64,000 nucleotides of DNA, taken from the NCBI GenBank assembly GCA_031275345.1, contig JAISOW010000005.1:413-64412 (forward strand). The letters are read 5' to 3'. This DNA is from Puniceicoccales bacterium (lineage in GTDB: Bacteria; Verrucomicrobiota; Verrucomicrobiia; Opitutales; JAIRLM01). A model generated the notes under the pieces. That model worked only from the letters and a program-made list of their open reading frames with translations, searched no databases and had not been told where the DNA came from. Numbering within the stretch: the stretch's first letter is position 1; every line of letters starts with the position of its first letter. A program made the translations under genes and the position numbers. Shown in pieces: positions 17,966-26,809 of the stretch.

Positions 17966-19236
17966 CGCCGCAGACCCTCTTCGATGGAGACTGCCAATTT
18001 TTCGGCACCGTTGGCCATTTTCATCCGCAATTTGAGCAAATTTTTTTCCATCACTTCCCGCTCCTTCGAATGTTCCCATTCTCCGATGCGGTTCAGCAAT
18101 TTCCCCAGCTGCTCCTGTGGCAGATGAATTGCGGCACCATTCCGTTCCATGGCCAATGCGTTGGCCGTTTGGTGGCCATTGGCCGCATGGGGATAGGGAA
18201 CGAGGAAGGATGGCGTGGCACAGGCGGTTAGTTCCGCAATTGTTCCGGCACCTGCCCGGCAAATGGCCAGGTCCACGGCAGACAGCAGCAGATGCATGGC
18301 GTGGCAAAATGGGAAATATGTCAAAAAATAGAACGTTCCTCCACGGCCACGGCTGAACACTTTTCGCTCCCAGCCACCTAGCCCGGTCAAACAAATCCCA
18401 TGCCAGCCGGCCGCGGCCAGCTGCTGCCCATTGGCTGCGGCCCAGTCCACGAGGACCCGTGCCCCCTGACTACCCCCCATCACCAGAAGCAGATTTTCTT
18501 CCAATGGCAGTGCCAACCGCCTCCGTGCCTCGCCGCGGCCGCAGGGAATAAAATCGCTCCGCAAAGGATATTCCATGGCCACATGGCGCCGTTTTTTTGC
18601 CAGCGCGGTGGAATTTTTTAGGGCATGGGGCACGTAGATCCGGCTGGCGATGGGAGCAAACAGGCGCACCGCCTTCCCGGGACGCTGGTTGACTTCGCAG
18701 AGGAAAATGGGTCGGCGCAGAAAAAATGCGGCAAGGCAGGGGCCGAATGCGGTAAACCCACCAAAGCTTACAACCCCGGCAACGGAATGCTTGCGAATGA
18801 GTCGCAGGCAGATCACGAAAGAGCGCAGGGCGCCCCATGCGGCGCGGAGCAGAACCCGCGGTTTTAGGGAAAAGCCGCTGCCCGGCAGTACAAGGAAGGC
18901 AATATTGGGATAGGACTGGCAAAATTGCCCGTCGACGGACTTGCCACTGATGGCCAACAGAGAGCTGCGGCCGATGGCGCATAGCCGCTGGGCAAGGGCA
19001 ATGCCCGGCACCACGTGTCCCCCCGTTCCACCACAGGCGATGAGAATCTGGCCCTCTTTTGCGGGAATCTGACCGCCTTCGGCGAAAACTTGCCCCGTCC
19101 CCGCTGGAGCCAGACCTGCTTTAATGGGATCTCGAACCGTTTCTGCTGGATCGCAGCCCTCCGCAGCACCTTCCGCAGCAGCGTCCGCAAAATAACGATG
19201 GTCAATGGGCCGTCGCATGCGCCACGGCAGCTTCAT
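17962..19236 (-). CDS. murG: Undecaprenyldiphospho-muramoylpentapeptide beta-N-acetylglucosaminyltransferase
   Basis: It has ACGGTGGHVVPGIALA and the C-terminal MurG-like ...AGAGTIAEL. An N-terminal extension of about 60 aa is present. The ATG overlaps the rpsT stop (ATGA at 19233-19236). Confidence 0.8.
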   Translation of the reverse strand: MKLPWRMRRPIDHRYFADAAAEGAAEGCDPAETVRDPIKAGLAPAGTGQVFAEGGQIPAKEGQILIACGGTGGHVVPGIALAQRLCAIGRSSLLAISGKSVDGQFCQSYPNIAFLVLPGSGFSLKPRVLLRAAWGALRSFVICLRLIRKHSVAGVVSFGGFTAFGPCLAAFFLRRPIFLCEVNQRPGKAVRLFAPIASRIYVPHALKNSTALAKKRRHVAMEYPLRSDFIPCGRGEARRRLALPLEENLLLVMGGSQGARVLVDWAAANGQQLAAAGWHGICLTGLGGWERKVFSRGRGGTFYFLTYFPFCHAMHLLLSAVDLAICRAGAGTIAELTACATPSFLVPYPHAANGHQTANALAMERNGAAIHLPQEQLGKLLNRIGEWEHSKEREVMEKNLLKLRMKMANGAEKLAVSIEEGLRR

Positions 19237-19508
19237 ACCCTGGCCGTGGCCTGGGAAAATACCATGGAAGCAAGCCTGCGTTTGCCGCGATTGGCCCGAT
19301 TTGCATGGATGACGCCGTATTTGACAGCCTTATCCAGGGCAGAGGCATAGGCGCGGGCAACCCGGACGGCCATTTCCCCATCGCCCGATGCACGCGCCGC
19401 CGCCACACCCTTTGCCATGGTGCGCAGCTCCGAAACAACGGAGCGGTTGTGCATGGCCCGACTGGCCGAACGTCGAATATCTTTGCGGGAAGATTTAAGA
19501 TTCGCCAT
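19233..19508 (-). CDS. rpsT: 30S ribosomal protein S20
   Basis: 91 aa, beginning MANLKSSRKDIRRS...NRANRGKRRL, which is typical of S20. Confidence 0.85.
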   Translation of the reverse strand: MANLKSSRKDIRRSASRAMHNRSVVSELRTMAKGVAAARASGDGEMAVRVARAYASALDKAVKYGVIHANRANRGKRRLASMVFSQATARV

Positions 19509-19651
19509 GATACGCCGCGACCTTATCTCGACTCTGGCCGTCGGATGTCAATCCGTTTTTGCAAAATTCTTCGCGTGGACAGTCGGCCATTTTTTCCGCG
19601 GCACAGCGGGATGGTGCTTGCCGAATTGGGCAGCTCTGCCACCTTTGAGCC

Positions 19652-21370
19652 ATGCTGGTGAGCGTTGGCATGGACCACAGGGGCGTGGCACTGCGGTCCG
19701 CCATCCTGCACTTCTGCTCTGCCCGTGGATTTTTGGTGATTGATCGTGGAACGGCCGACGGCTCTGCGCCGGTCGACTATCCATTGATTGCCCATCCCGT
19801 GGCCCGCGATGTGCAATTCGGACGGGCACGGTTCGGAATTCTGGCCTGCGGCAGCGGCCTTGGCATGGCGGTGGCGGCCAACCGTCTACCGGGCGTACGT
19901 GCGGCCCTTGTCCTGTCCCGGGAAATGGCAAAAATTTTTCGTCGACACAACCATGGCAATGTGCTGTGCCTGGGTGCTCGCTGGCAGGAGCCGGAGGAGG
20001 TGGCTCCGCTGCTGCAGTATTTTTTTGATGAGGAAGAGGACGGTGGGTTACGCCATCGGCGAAGGGTTGCTCTGCTGGATGGCGGGTGCTGGCCGTACGG
20101 AAAAGGAAGTGCCATGGAAGGTAAAAGCGCTTTAGCGACAGAGGATCCGGAAATTTTTGCGGCCATTGGAGGGGAGCGGCGACGCCAGGAAGAATATGTT
20201 GAACTCATTGCATCGGAAAACTTTGTATCACCCAGCATTCTCGAAGCGGCGGGATCCATCCTGACCAACAAATACGCCGAGGGCTATCCCGGCCAGCGGT
20301 ACTACGGCGGCTGCGAGTTTGTTGACCGGGTGGAGTCCTTGGCCAGGGACCGAGCAAAGAAACTTTTTGGGGCGGAGCATGCAAATGTGCAGCCGCACTC
20401 CGGATCCCAGGCAAACATGGCGGTGTACGCGGCCGTGCTCAGGCCGGGCGATCGCATTTTGACCATGTCCCTGAGCCACGGGGGCCATCTTACCCACGGC
20501 TATGCAAAGAATTTGAGCGGCATGCTCTACGAGGTGACACACTACGGGACGGATCCCGAATCCCAGCGGCTGGACTACGCCGCCATGGCCCGCATTGCGG
20601 AAAAGGTGCGGCCAAAGCTCGTCACCGTTGGAGCATCTGCCTATCCGCGCCAAATAGATTTTCAAAAGGTCGCCGAGCTAGCCCACGCCGTTGGTGCCCT
20701 TGCCATGGCGGACATGGCCCACGTGGCAGGCCTGGTTGCGGCTGGCCTGCACCCATCTCCGGTTCCTTTCTGCGACCTCGTCACCGCCACGACCCACAAA
20801 ACTCTGCGGGGCCCGCGGGGAGGACTCATCCTATGCCGCAAAGAATTTGCCAAGGCGATCGACGGAGCCGTATTTCCCGGCATCCAGGGCGGGCCGCTCA
20901 TGCACATCATCGCAGCCAAGGCTGTCTGCTTCCGGGAGGCAACTGGACAAAAATTTCGCGACTACCAGCGGCTGGTGCTGGAAAATGCGGCCGTTATGGC
21001 AAAAACTTTGCAAAATCTTGGCTTTTCCCTGGTTGCGGGTGGGACGGACAACCATCTATTCCTCATCGACCTGCGCAAAAACCTGCCGACCATGGATGGA
21101 AAAATGGCGCAAATTTTGCTGGAGCGGGCCCACATCACGGTGAACAAGAACACCATCCCGGGAGAAACGCGCAGTCCGGTTGACACCAGCGGCGTGCGGA
21201 TCGGAACGCCGGCCATCACCTCCCGCGGCATGGGCCCGGCCGAGGCACAGCAGATTGGCCAATGGATTGCCGAAGTGCTCATGGCCAATGGCAGTGAAGA
21301 GACCATCGCCACCGTGCGGGAAAATGTGCTGGCCCTATGCTCCCGCTTTCCACTACCCTATCCGGGATGA
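19652..21370 (+). CDS. rpiB-glyA: Fusion protein: ribose-5-phosphate isomerase B domain + serine hydroxymethyltransferase
   Basis: The first ~145 aa are RpiB/LacAB-like ([11 protein letters not shown]...[14 protein letters not shown]). The remainder is full-length SHMT (LIASENFVS...[12 protein letters not shown]). Confidence 0.85.
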   Translation: MLVSVGMDHRGVALRSAILHFCSARGFLVIDRGTADGSAPVDYPLIAHPVARDVQFGRARFGILACGSGLGMAVAANRLPGVRAALVLSREMAKIFRRHNHGNVLCLGARWQEPEEVAPLLQYFFDEEEDGGLRHRRRVALLDGGCWPYGKGSAMEGKSALATEDPEIFAAIGGERRRQEEYVELIASENFVSPSILEAAGSILTNKYAEGYPGQRYYGGCEFVDRVESLARDRAKKLFGAEHANVQPHSGSQANMAVYAAVLRPGDRILTMSLSHGGHLTHGYAKNLSGMLYEVTHYGTDPESQRLDYAAMARIAEKVRPKLVTVGASAYPRQIDFQKVAELAHAVGALAMADMAHVAGLVAAGLHPSPVPFCDLVTATTHKTLRGPRGGLILCRKEFAKAIDGAVFPGIQGGPLMHIIAAKAVCFREATGQKFRDYQRLVLENAAVMAKTLQNLGFSLVAGGTDNHLFLIDLRKNLPTMDGKMAQILLERAHITVNKNTIPGETRSPVDTSGVRIGTPAITSRGMGPAEAQQIGQWIAEVLMANGSEETIATVRENVLALCSRFPLPYPG

Positions 21371-22074
21371 TGGAACGCAGCCGCCGTGGATTTTCGCTCA
21401 TCGAGCTGTTGGCGGTCCTTGCCATCCTTGGCGTGCTGGCGGCACTGCTCACGCCGGCCGTCGGGTCGGCCGTGGCGAAGGCACGGCGGCTGCGGATGGC
21501 CAATCAGCTGCGGCAGATTGCGATTGCCCATGCCAGTTGTCGCGATGACCGTGCCGCGGCGTTGGATCTGGACCGGGCCACAAATTTAGCCGAATGGGCA
21601 GCAGCACTTGCCTGGCACAGCGGCGTCAACGATGCTGCGCTTTACGTGGTGCCAGAAGACTTTCTTATCCCGGCCGGTTTGCCATTGCCGCGGGCAGTAC
21701 TTGCTTCGCATGGCCAACGGCCAGCCGATGATTTTTCCCAATTTCCCCTGGCCTTCACCGCATTGATCCGTCTGCCAGCCAACGCCAATCCATCCACCAC
21801 GCCCCTTGCCTATGGCCGTGGGCTGGACCCGGCAACCGGGTTTTGGAAGCCGAGCCAGGGGGACGACGGGGGCATATGTGGAACGGATGGCGGCTGGATC
21901 GTATTTCTCGACGGCCACGTGCAGTTTTTTCGTTCATTGGACGAGGACGGTGGGGCACTGATTCGCCATGGAGACGGCGCTCCAACGGCCGACATTCGAG
22001 AAACGGTTCCTCCCGGCGTCCGGGCCATAAACTGGAAGGGAGTTGTCTGGGAGCGGACCAATGGGCCTGGCTAA
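21367..22074 (+). CDS. Prepilin-type N-terminal cleavage/methylation domain protein (pseudopilin-like)
   Basis: The sequence [27 protein letters not shown] is followed by a C-terminal ...[14 protein letters not shown]. The ATG overlaps the glyA stop (ATGA at 21367-21370). Confidence 0.75.
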   Translation: MMERSRRGFSLIELLAVLAILGVLAALLTPAVGSAVAKARRLRMANQLRQIAIAHASCRDDRAAALDLDRATNLAEWAAALAWHSGVNDAALYVVPEDFLIPAGLPLPRAVLASHGQRPADDFSQFPLAFTALIRLPANANPSTTPLAYGRGLDPATGFWKPSQGDDGGICGTDGGWIVFLDGHVQFFRSLDEDGGALIRHGDGAPTADIRETVPPGVRAINWKGVVWERTNGPG

Positions 22075-22131
22075 AATCGGCAGGTGGCAAAACCTGGGCA
22101 ATAATCGTAAAAATTTTGTTGACGAAGAATT

Positions 22132-23262
22132 TTGAGATTTATTCGCTGGCCCGTGCGCGGGTTTTCCCACTCCAACTACGTTGCCTATCTTCGGCGCGCA
22201 CTCCGCTTTACCTGGCGCGATGAATTGCTCTTGGAGCTGGCCGTGGGAGGAGAATTGGAGCAAAAAAAACTTGCTCAACTGTTTGATGGGCTGGACATCG
22301 CCCACGAATGCTACCGCTTCAACCTGCTCCTCGCCCTGATTTGCGACCGCATGGATTTTCACGGAGTACCGGAGAACTTTGCTCCGCGGCTGCGTGGCAT
22401 TATCCGCTACTACCACTTCCACAATGCAGCCCTGCTGTCAAAATTTAGCATTCTTGGCCGGGCATTGAACGCAAAAGGCATCCCAATATTGCTGTTGAAG
22501 GGCGCCGCCATGCGGGCGATGGACGACCAGAACCGTCCCCGTGCCATGGGAGATGTGGATTTTGCTGTGCCGGCAACGGAGCACAATGCGGTGCTGGTGG
22601 AGGCGAAACGGCAGGGATTTTCCATGACCCACAGGGCGCGCCATGCCGTGGATCTGCGCAATGGGCAATGCCAAATCGATGTGCACCGAACAATTTTTCA
22701 CGACAGCCAGGGAGCGGCAGCGGAGGAAGAAATTTGGCGAAGGGCCAGTCCTGTCCATTGCCACGGCGTGGATGCTCTGCTGCCAGCACCGGAGGACATG
22801 TTCCTCAGCCTGGTTTGCAACGAATTCCGCAACATTCTCTACTCCGACCGCGACCTGCAGTATTTTCAATGGATCCACGACTGTGCCTTCCTATTGCAAA
22901 AATTTCCCGACTTTGATTGGTGCCTGTTGCTTGCAACGGCCAATGGCGTTGGCCTGGTGACGCAACTCAAACCAATGGTGGGAATTTTGCGCTCCATGTT
23001 GCCGGCGCTCGTGCCGGAAGAACTTTCCGCCGACCGGTGGAAGCTGCAGGGACGTGAATTGGACGGCATTGCAAAAAATTTATTGATCCATGCTACGTCG
23101 ATCAAAAATTGGGAACGCAAGCGGCTGCGCCTCCTTTCCTGCCGTTCATTGCGGGATGTACGCCACTACATTTCCACAAAAATAAAGTATCGGCTGCTCA
23201 AGTGCGTCCGCAAGTGCCGACCGCTGCGCCGACTGGCCGTTGGCATCCTGGTGCACCCATGA
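22132..23262 (+). CDS. Uncharacterised nucleotidyltransferase family protein (PF14907-like)
   Basis: 376 aa. The stretch GIPILLLKGAAMRAMDDQNRPRAMGDVDFAVP matches the family pattern LLKG...R..GD.D.lv. The start is uncertain. Confidence 0.6.
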   Translation: MRFIRWPVRGFSHSNYVAYLRRALRFTWRDELLLELAVGGELEQKKLAQLFDGLDIAHECYRFNLLLALICDRMDFHGVPENFAPRLRGIIRYYHFHNAALLSKFSILGRALNAKGIPILLLKGAAMRAMDDQNRPRAMGDVDFAVPATEHNAVLVEAKRQGFSMTHRARHAVDLRNGQCQIDVHRTIFHDSQGAAAEEEIWRRASPVHCHGVDALLPAPEDMFLSLVCNEFRNILYSDRDLQYFQWIHDCAFLLQKFPDFDWCLLLATANGVGLVTQLKPMVGILRSMLPALVPEELSADRWKLQGRELDGIAKNLLIHATSIKNWERKRLRLLSCRSLRDVRHYISTKIKYRLLKCVRKCRPLRRLAVGILVHP

Positions 23263-24323
23263 ACGGAACCGGGGAAAAAAATTTACAAAACGCCAAGCGC
23301 TGGCTACGGCTGGCGTTTGCCCAGTTGGATCGCCGCTTCCGCCGGGCAACGGCCGGCTGGGAACCGGAAAAAATTTATCTCAACATTGCCGGTGTGTCCA
23401 TGCGCGTTGATTGCTACGTGAATGAACTGGTTGACCCAATTCGGCAGCAGCTGGCCTACTGTTGCCAGGATGGGGACGATGGGGACCATGAAATTTTACT
23501 AAACATTTGGAATGAACAACTTGCACCATATGTTGCGATTCCGGAATGGGCCTGCCACTCGAACCACCTGCGCACAATCGTAGAATATTCGGAGCCGCAT
23601 TGGGCTTTTCAGCGGCTCATTGCCCACGACCGGGAGCGGCGCATTGGCTACCTCCTCAATCCGGTGCGCAGTGCGATGGAAGTTTTTGTGCGCGGCCATA
23701 TTCTAGTTAAATCCATCTATTTGGCTCTTCTAGAGGATAATAGATCCCTATTCCACGCCGCAGCGATTGGCTGGAAAAATCGGGGCGCGCTCATCTGTGG
23801 CCGGGGGGGGCGGGGCAAGAGTACGCTTGCCATCTCCGGCATGATTGGTGGCTTTCAGTATGTTTCCGACGACTACCTGATTCTCGAAAAAAATGCAAAT
23901 GGTCTTTGTGCCTACCCCATCTATTCCATTGTCACATTGGCGGAGGAAATGCAGGCAAAACTGCCGCCGCTGTGGGGCGACTACCTCTATCCCAATTACA
24001 ACGGGAAAAAGGACGTGATCAAAATTTCGGCCCGCCACGATTTTTTTGCCCCACGCCTGCCCATCGTGGTTGGAATTTTTCCAGAAGTGCGCACAGGAGA
24101 AAAGCCAGCCATCGAAGCAATGCATCCTGGACGCGCGATCACGCAGGCTGTCCATTCAACAATTGTCCAGACCCAGTTCCAGGAGTTGCCAAAGCAGGTT
24201 CGCCGCCTTTCGTCATTGCTGCGCAGCCTGCCCTTCTACCGCTTTTACGTGGGGGAATGCCTGGAGGAAAATGTGGCGGTTTTGCGAAAATTTTTGGAGA
24301 AACAAAATGTACCAGCTGAATGA
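23259..24323 (+). CDS. HPr-kinase-related P-loop protein (HprK C-terminal-like)
   Basis: The stretch LFHAAAIGWKNRGALICGRGGRGKSTLAISGMIGGFQYVSDDYLILE contains a P-loop at 23799-23825. The ATG overlaps the upstream stop (ATGA at 23259-23262). Confidence 0.6.
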   Translation: MNGTGEKNLQNAKRWLRLAFAQLDRRFRRATAGWEPEKIYLNIAGVSMRVDCYVNELVDPIRQQLAYCCQDGDDGDHEILLNIWNEQLAPYVAIPEWACHSNHLRTIVEYSEPHWAFQRLIAHDRERRIGYLLNPVRSAMEVFVRGHILVKSIYLALLEDNRSLFHAAAIGWKNRGALICGRGGRGKSTLAISGMIGGFQYVSDDYLILEKNANGLCAYPIYSIVTLAEEMQAKLPPLWGDYLYPNYNGKKDVIKISARHDFFAPRLPIVVGIFPEVRTGEKPAIEAMHPGRAITQAVHSTIVQTQFQELPKQVRRLSSLLRSLPFYRFYVGECLEENVAVLRKFLEKQNVPAE

Positions 24324-24729
24324 TCAAGAAGTTTTTATGGATGTGTCCGACGGCATTGCCATCATTATCAATTTTGAAAGTGGCATCTATCATGGAGCCA
24401 ATCTGTTGGGAACATGGGTACTGGAACAGCTCTGCGCCGGCCATGGCCAGCAGGAAATTTTGGCACAAATTCAAAGACTGCCCCGCTGCCCCGATGACAT
24501 GGAGGAACGGCTGGCCTCGTTTATTGAAGACCTGCGGACGCTCCACATCCTTGCGGATGGTGGTCCGGCTACGAACGACAAAATAAAACCTCCGGCGGCG
24601 AAAATGGCAAAGGAATCGAAGTTTAATCTAACCATAACGACCTACAACGACGCCCAGGACCTACTATTCGCCGACCCAATCCACGAGGTTGACGAGGCAG
24701 AGGGCTGGCTGCCGGAAAAGAAAGGTTAA
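24307..24729 (+). CDS. PqqD-family / RiPP-recognition-element-like protein
   Basis: 140 aa. MYQLNDQEVFMDVSDGIAIIINFESGIYHGANLLGTWVLEQL...ILAQI follows the PqqD-like pattern. It overlaps the upstream gene by 17 nt. Confidence 0.55.
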   Translation: MYQLNDQEVFMDVSDGIAIIINFESGIYHGANLLGTWVLEQLCAGHGQQEILAQIQRLPRCPDDMEERLASFIEDLRTLHILADGGPATNDKIKPPAAKMAKESKFNLTITTYNDAQDLLFADPIHEVDEAEGWLPEKKG

Positions 24730-24893
24730 ACGCAGGATGGAAAATTTCCGATTCGGCCGGTAACTTTTTTTCATTTGGCAAATTGTGTAGGTCGTTAGCC
24801 AATGCAAACTTACCAAACCTGCGCACGCAATTTGTCCCAAAAACGAAAAATTTTCTTGGCCGATGCTGAAAAATTTTCTATCATTGCGCCACT

Positions 24894-25319
24894 GTGGATA
24901 AAATAGTATCTAGTGTGAAGACCTGGCTTGTTACCGAACAGAGCACCGTTGAGGGAAATTTTAAAGGAAATTTCAAGGCTCCAACGAGCGTAAAGGACTT
25001 TTTTCAAAAAATTTGGACAACGATAAAGGAAAACCCAGGCCGGTTCATGGCACTTGTAGTGTCGATTCCTAGCACGATTATTTTCGGAGTATTATGTCCA
25101 CCACTGCTCCTGATTTTCATTCCGACTCACCTTGGATTTTCGCTGCTTTGCCTTAATGTCACACTTGCCAAATTTCGTCCTTCAACGGTGGAGGAAAATC
25201 TGGCCAAAGGGAGAGAATGCGTTGGACAGGTTCAGGATAAAGCCAACGAAGTTGGGGAAAAAGTCGTCAACACAGGTGAAGCCGCTGTAGGTCGTTTCTC
25301 GGCTTTGTTTGAAGATTAA
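24894..25319 (+). CDS. Small Inc-like membrane protein (bilobed hydrophobic domain)
   Basis: 141 aa with a GTG start. The hydrophobic domain is FMALVVSIPSTIIFGVLCPPLLLIFIPTHLGFSLLCLNVTL. The N-terminal motif is NFKAPTSVKDFFQKIWTTIKE. Confidence 0.45.
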   Translation: MDKIVSSVKTWLVTEQSTVEGNFKGNFKAPTSVKDFFQKIWTTIKENPGRFMALVVSIPSTIIFGVLCPPLLLIFIPTHLGFSLLCLNVTLAKFRPSTVEENLAKGRECVGQVQDKANEVGEKVVNTGEAAVGRFSALFED

Positions 25320-25604
25320 AATGCCGGTAAAAACTTCAAGGAGCCAACGGGCGCAAAGGCCTTTCTCAAAAAATTTGGGACGGCGCTAAAGAAACACTCA
25401 ACCCAATTCTGGGTGGCCGTATTTCTTTCCGGTGGCACGGTTGTGGTGTTGGTTTGTACGAAAAATTTAGCCAGCTTTGGGGTGAATTGTTGCTGCGTAA
25501 ATTTTTATGCTGCAATAATCCGGACGGCGAAGGTTTTTTCAAACAAACTTTTTCGCCGAAAATTTTGCGATTTGCACAGGCATTTTTTTCTCTACCGCTG
25601 CTGA
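25320..25604 (+). pseudogene. Tandem paralog of 24894-25319, apparently frameshifted at its 5' end
   Basis: NFKEPTGAKAFLKKFGTALKK (from 25332) parallels NFKAPTSVKDFFQKIWTTIKE. The only ATG (25321) is in a different frame, and an A5 run at 25329-25333 lies between them. Confidence 0.35.
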
Positions 25605-25957
25605 TCTTGCGGCTCGGCCAGGTTCAGCAGTAGGAGCCAAATTGCGCCGATGCAAAAGGCAACGACCAGGCCCGGAATGAGCCAGTTGAGTGCTGTGACA
25701 ATTGTCACAGTGACAATGCCTGTCGCGATGGTGATGCCGGAACAAATGATGGCCAGTTTCGTGGTGGTTGCGGCGACCAGAAAAACGGCTGATGTGAAGG
25801 TCAGGACCGCAACCAGCGGGTGACGACGAAGGAACGATGGAGAAGAACCATTTTCTGCTACGCTACTCACAAATTCATTTATGGAAAAAAGTGTTCTTTT
25901 GTCAATGAAAATGGCGAAATACGCGGCAGCTAGGATAGCTGGCTGGCAGTGTCGCAA
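25592..25957 (-). CDS. Hypothetical polytopic membrane protein
   Basis: 121-aa ORF with long hydrophobic stretches (VAVLTFTSAVFLVAATTT..., IVTALNWLIPGLVVAFCIGAIWLLLL). The start is uncertain. Confidence 0.35.
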   Translation of the reverse strand: MRHCQPAILAAAYFAIFIDKRTLFSINEFVSSVAENGSSPSFLRRHPLVAVLTFTSAVFLVAATTTKLAIICSGITIATGIVTVTIVTALNWLIPGLVVAFCIGAIWLLLLNLAEPQDQQR

Positions 25958-26277
25958 ATGGCAAAAAATTTTCCAGTCTGCCAGAATCTTTTAGGTATAG
26001 GATTCGTTCACTATAACAACTTCCTTGCCCTTCATCAACGCTTTGTGTTGGAATCGTCTCCGAAACTTTGCGAAGCTGAATGTCATTAGCATATTTCCCT
26101 GGGCAAGCTTGCGCCAGGCAATGGGGATCAATCCTTGCTCCACTTCGTCTGCTACGACGGGAAAAAGGCTCGCTTTCTTCCCCTGCACGCATTCCAGGCC
26201 AGTGGCGGTTTCTTTGGCCTCGGCCGCCACGGCAAACGGGATTAGCGGCTGATCCTGGTCCGGAGGCGACACTCGCC

Positions 26278-26730
26278 ATGAACTACTACGTTGGTCCCAA
26301 GGAATATGCCCGACTGGAACGGATGGGACAAAGCCAGGATCGGGTGATGCAGTGCGGCTGGTTCGGTTTCATTGGGAAAATTTTACTGATTCTCATGATG
26401 GGAATCCACTGCCTGGTGCCCAACTGGGGCTGGCCAATCATTCTGCTGACCTTATTGGTGAAGCTGCTCCTTTGGCCATTGACCGGGGAATAGGTGCGCT
26501 TTTTATGGGCCCTGAACCGCCTGCAAAGGCCAATTTGAGAAATCCCAGCCCGCCATAAAAACCATCCCAAAAAGGTGCAGGAGGAAACACCGCGGCTGTT
26601 CCGGGAGGAGGGAGTCAGCCCGGCCGCCGGCTGTCTGCCAATTCTGATCGAGGTGCTGGACCGAGCGAAGCGGCAACTGGCCTTGGAAAATTTTTGCGCG
26701 GTGACCGAAGGAGTTCTGGAACTATTTTAG
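26278..26730 (+). pseudogene. yidC: Fragmented yidC (membrane insertase) remnant
   Basis: NYYVGPKEY...NWGWPIILLTLLVKLLLWPLTGE ends at the stop at 26491-26493. The YidC-like sequence then continues in another frame (HPKKVQEETPRLFREEGVSPAAGCLPILIEV) before diverging. The N-terminal periplasmic domain and the C-terminal TM segments are missing. Confidence 0.6.
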
Positions 26731-26809
26731 GACGATCCGCAATTGGCATCCAAGGCACGGGAATGAATGATCCTTTTGCTGGCCGACTACGTGCGCAGGA
26801 CATTGTCCG

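Noticed and set aside
15836-18394. The full 852-aa ORF as the murC/murB gene product.
   Set aside because: The N-terminal 143 codons overlap the murG coding region in another frame and look non-protein-like. The MurC N-terminus (MKNFFAGIGGAGM) starts at the ATG that forms an ATGA overlap with the murG stop.
24740-24766. An 8-codon ORF (MENFRFGR) just after the PqqD-like gene as the RiPP precursor.
   Set aside because: It is too short for a leader plus core. It has no recognisable RBS or conservation evidence. It overlaps a GGAAAATTTCC palindrome that is common in this genome.
25991-26272. A 93-aa minus-strand ORF next to the yidC remnant, as a real gene or as the missing YidC N-terminal domain.
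   Set aside because: It is on the opposite strand from the yidC fragments and shows no recognisable motif. It cannot be distinguished from a chance ORF in decaying sequence.
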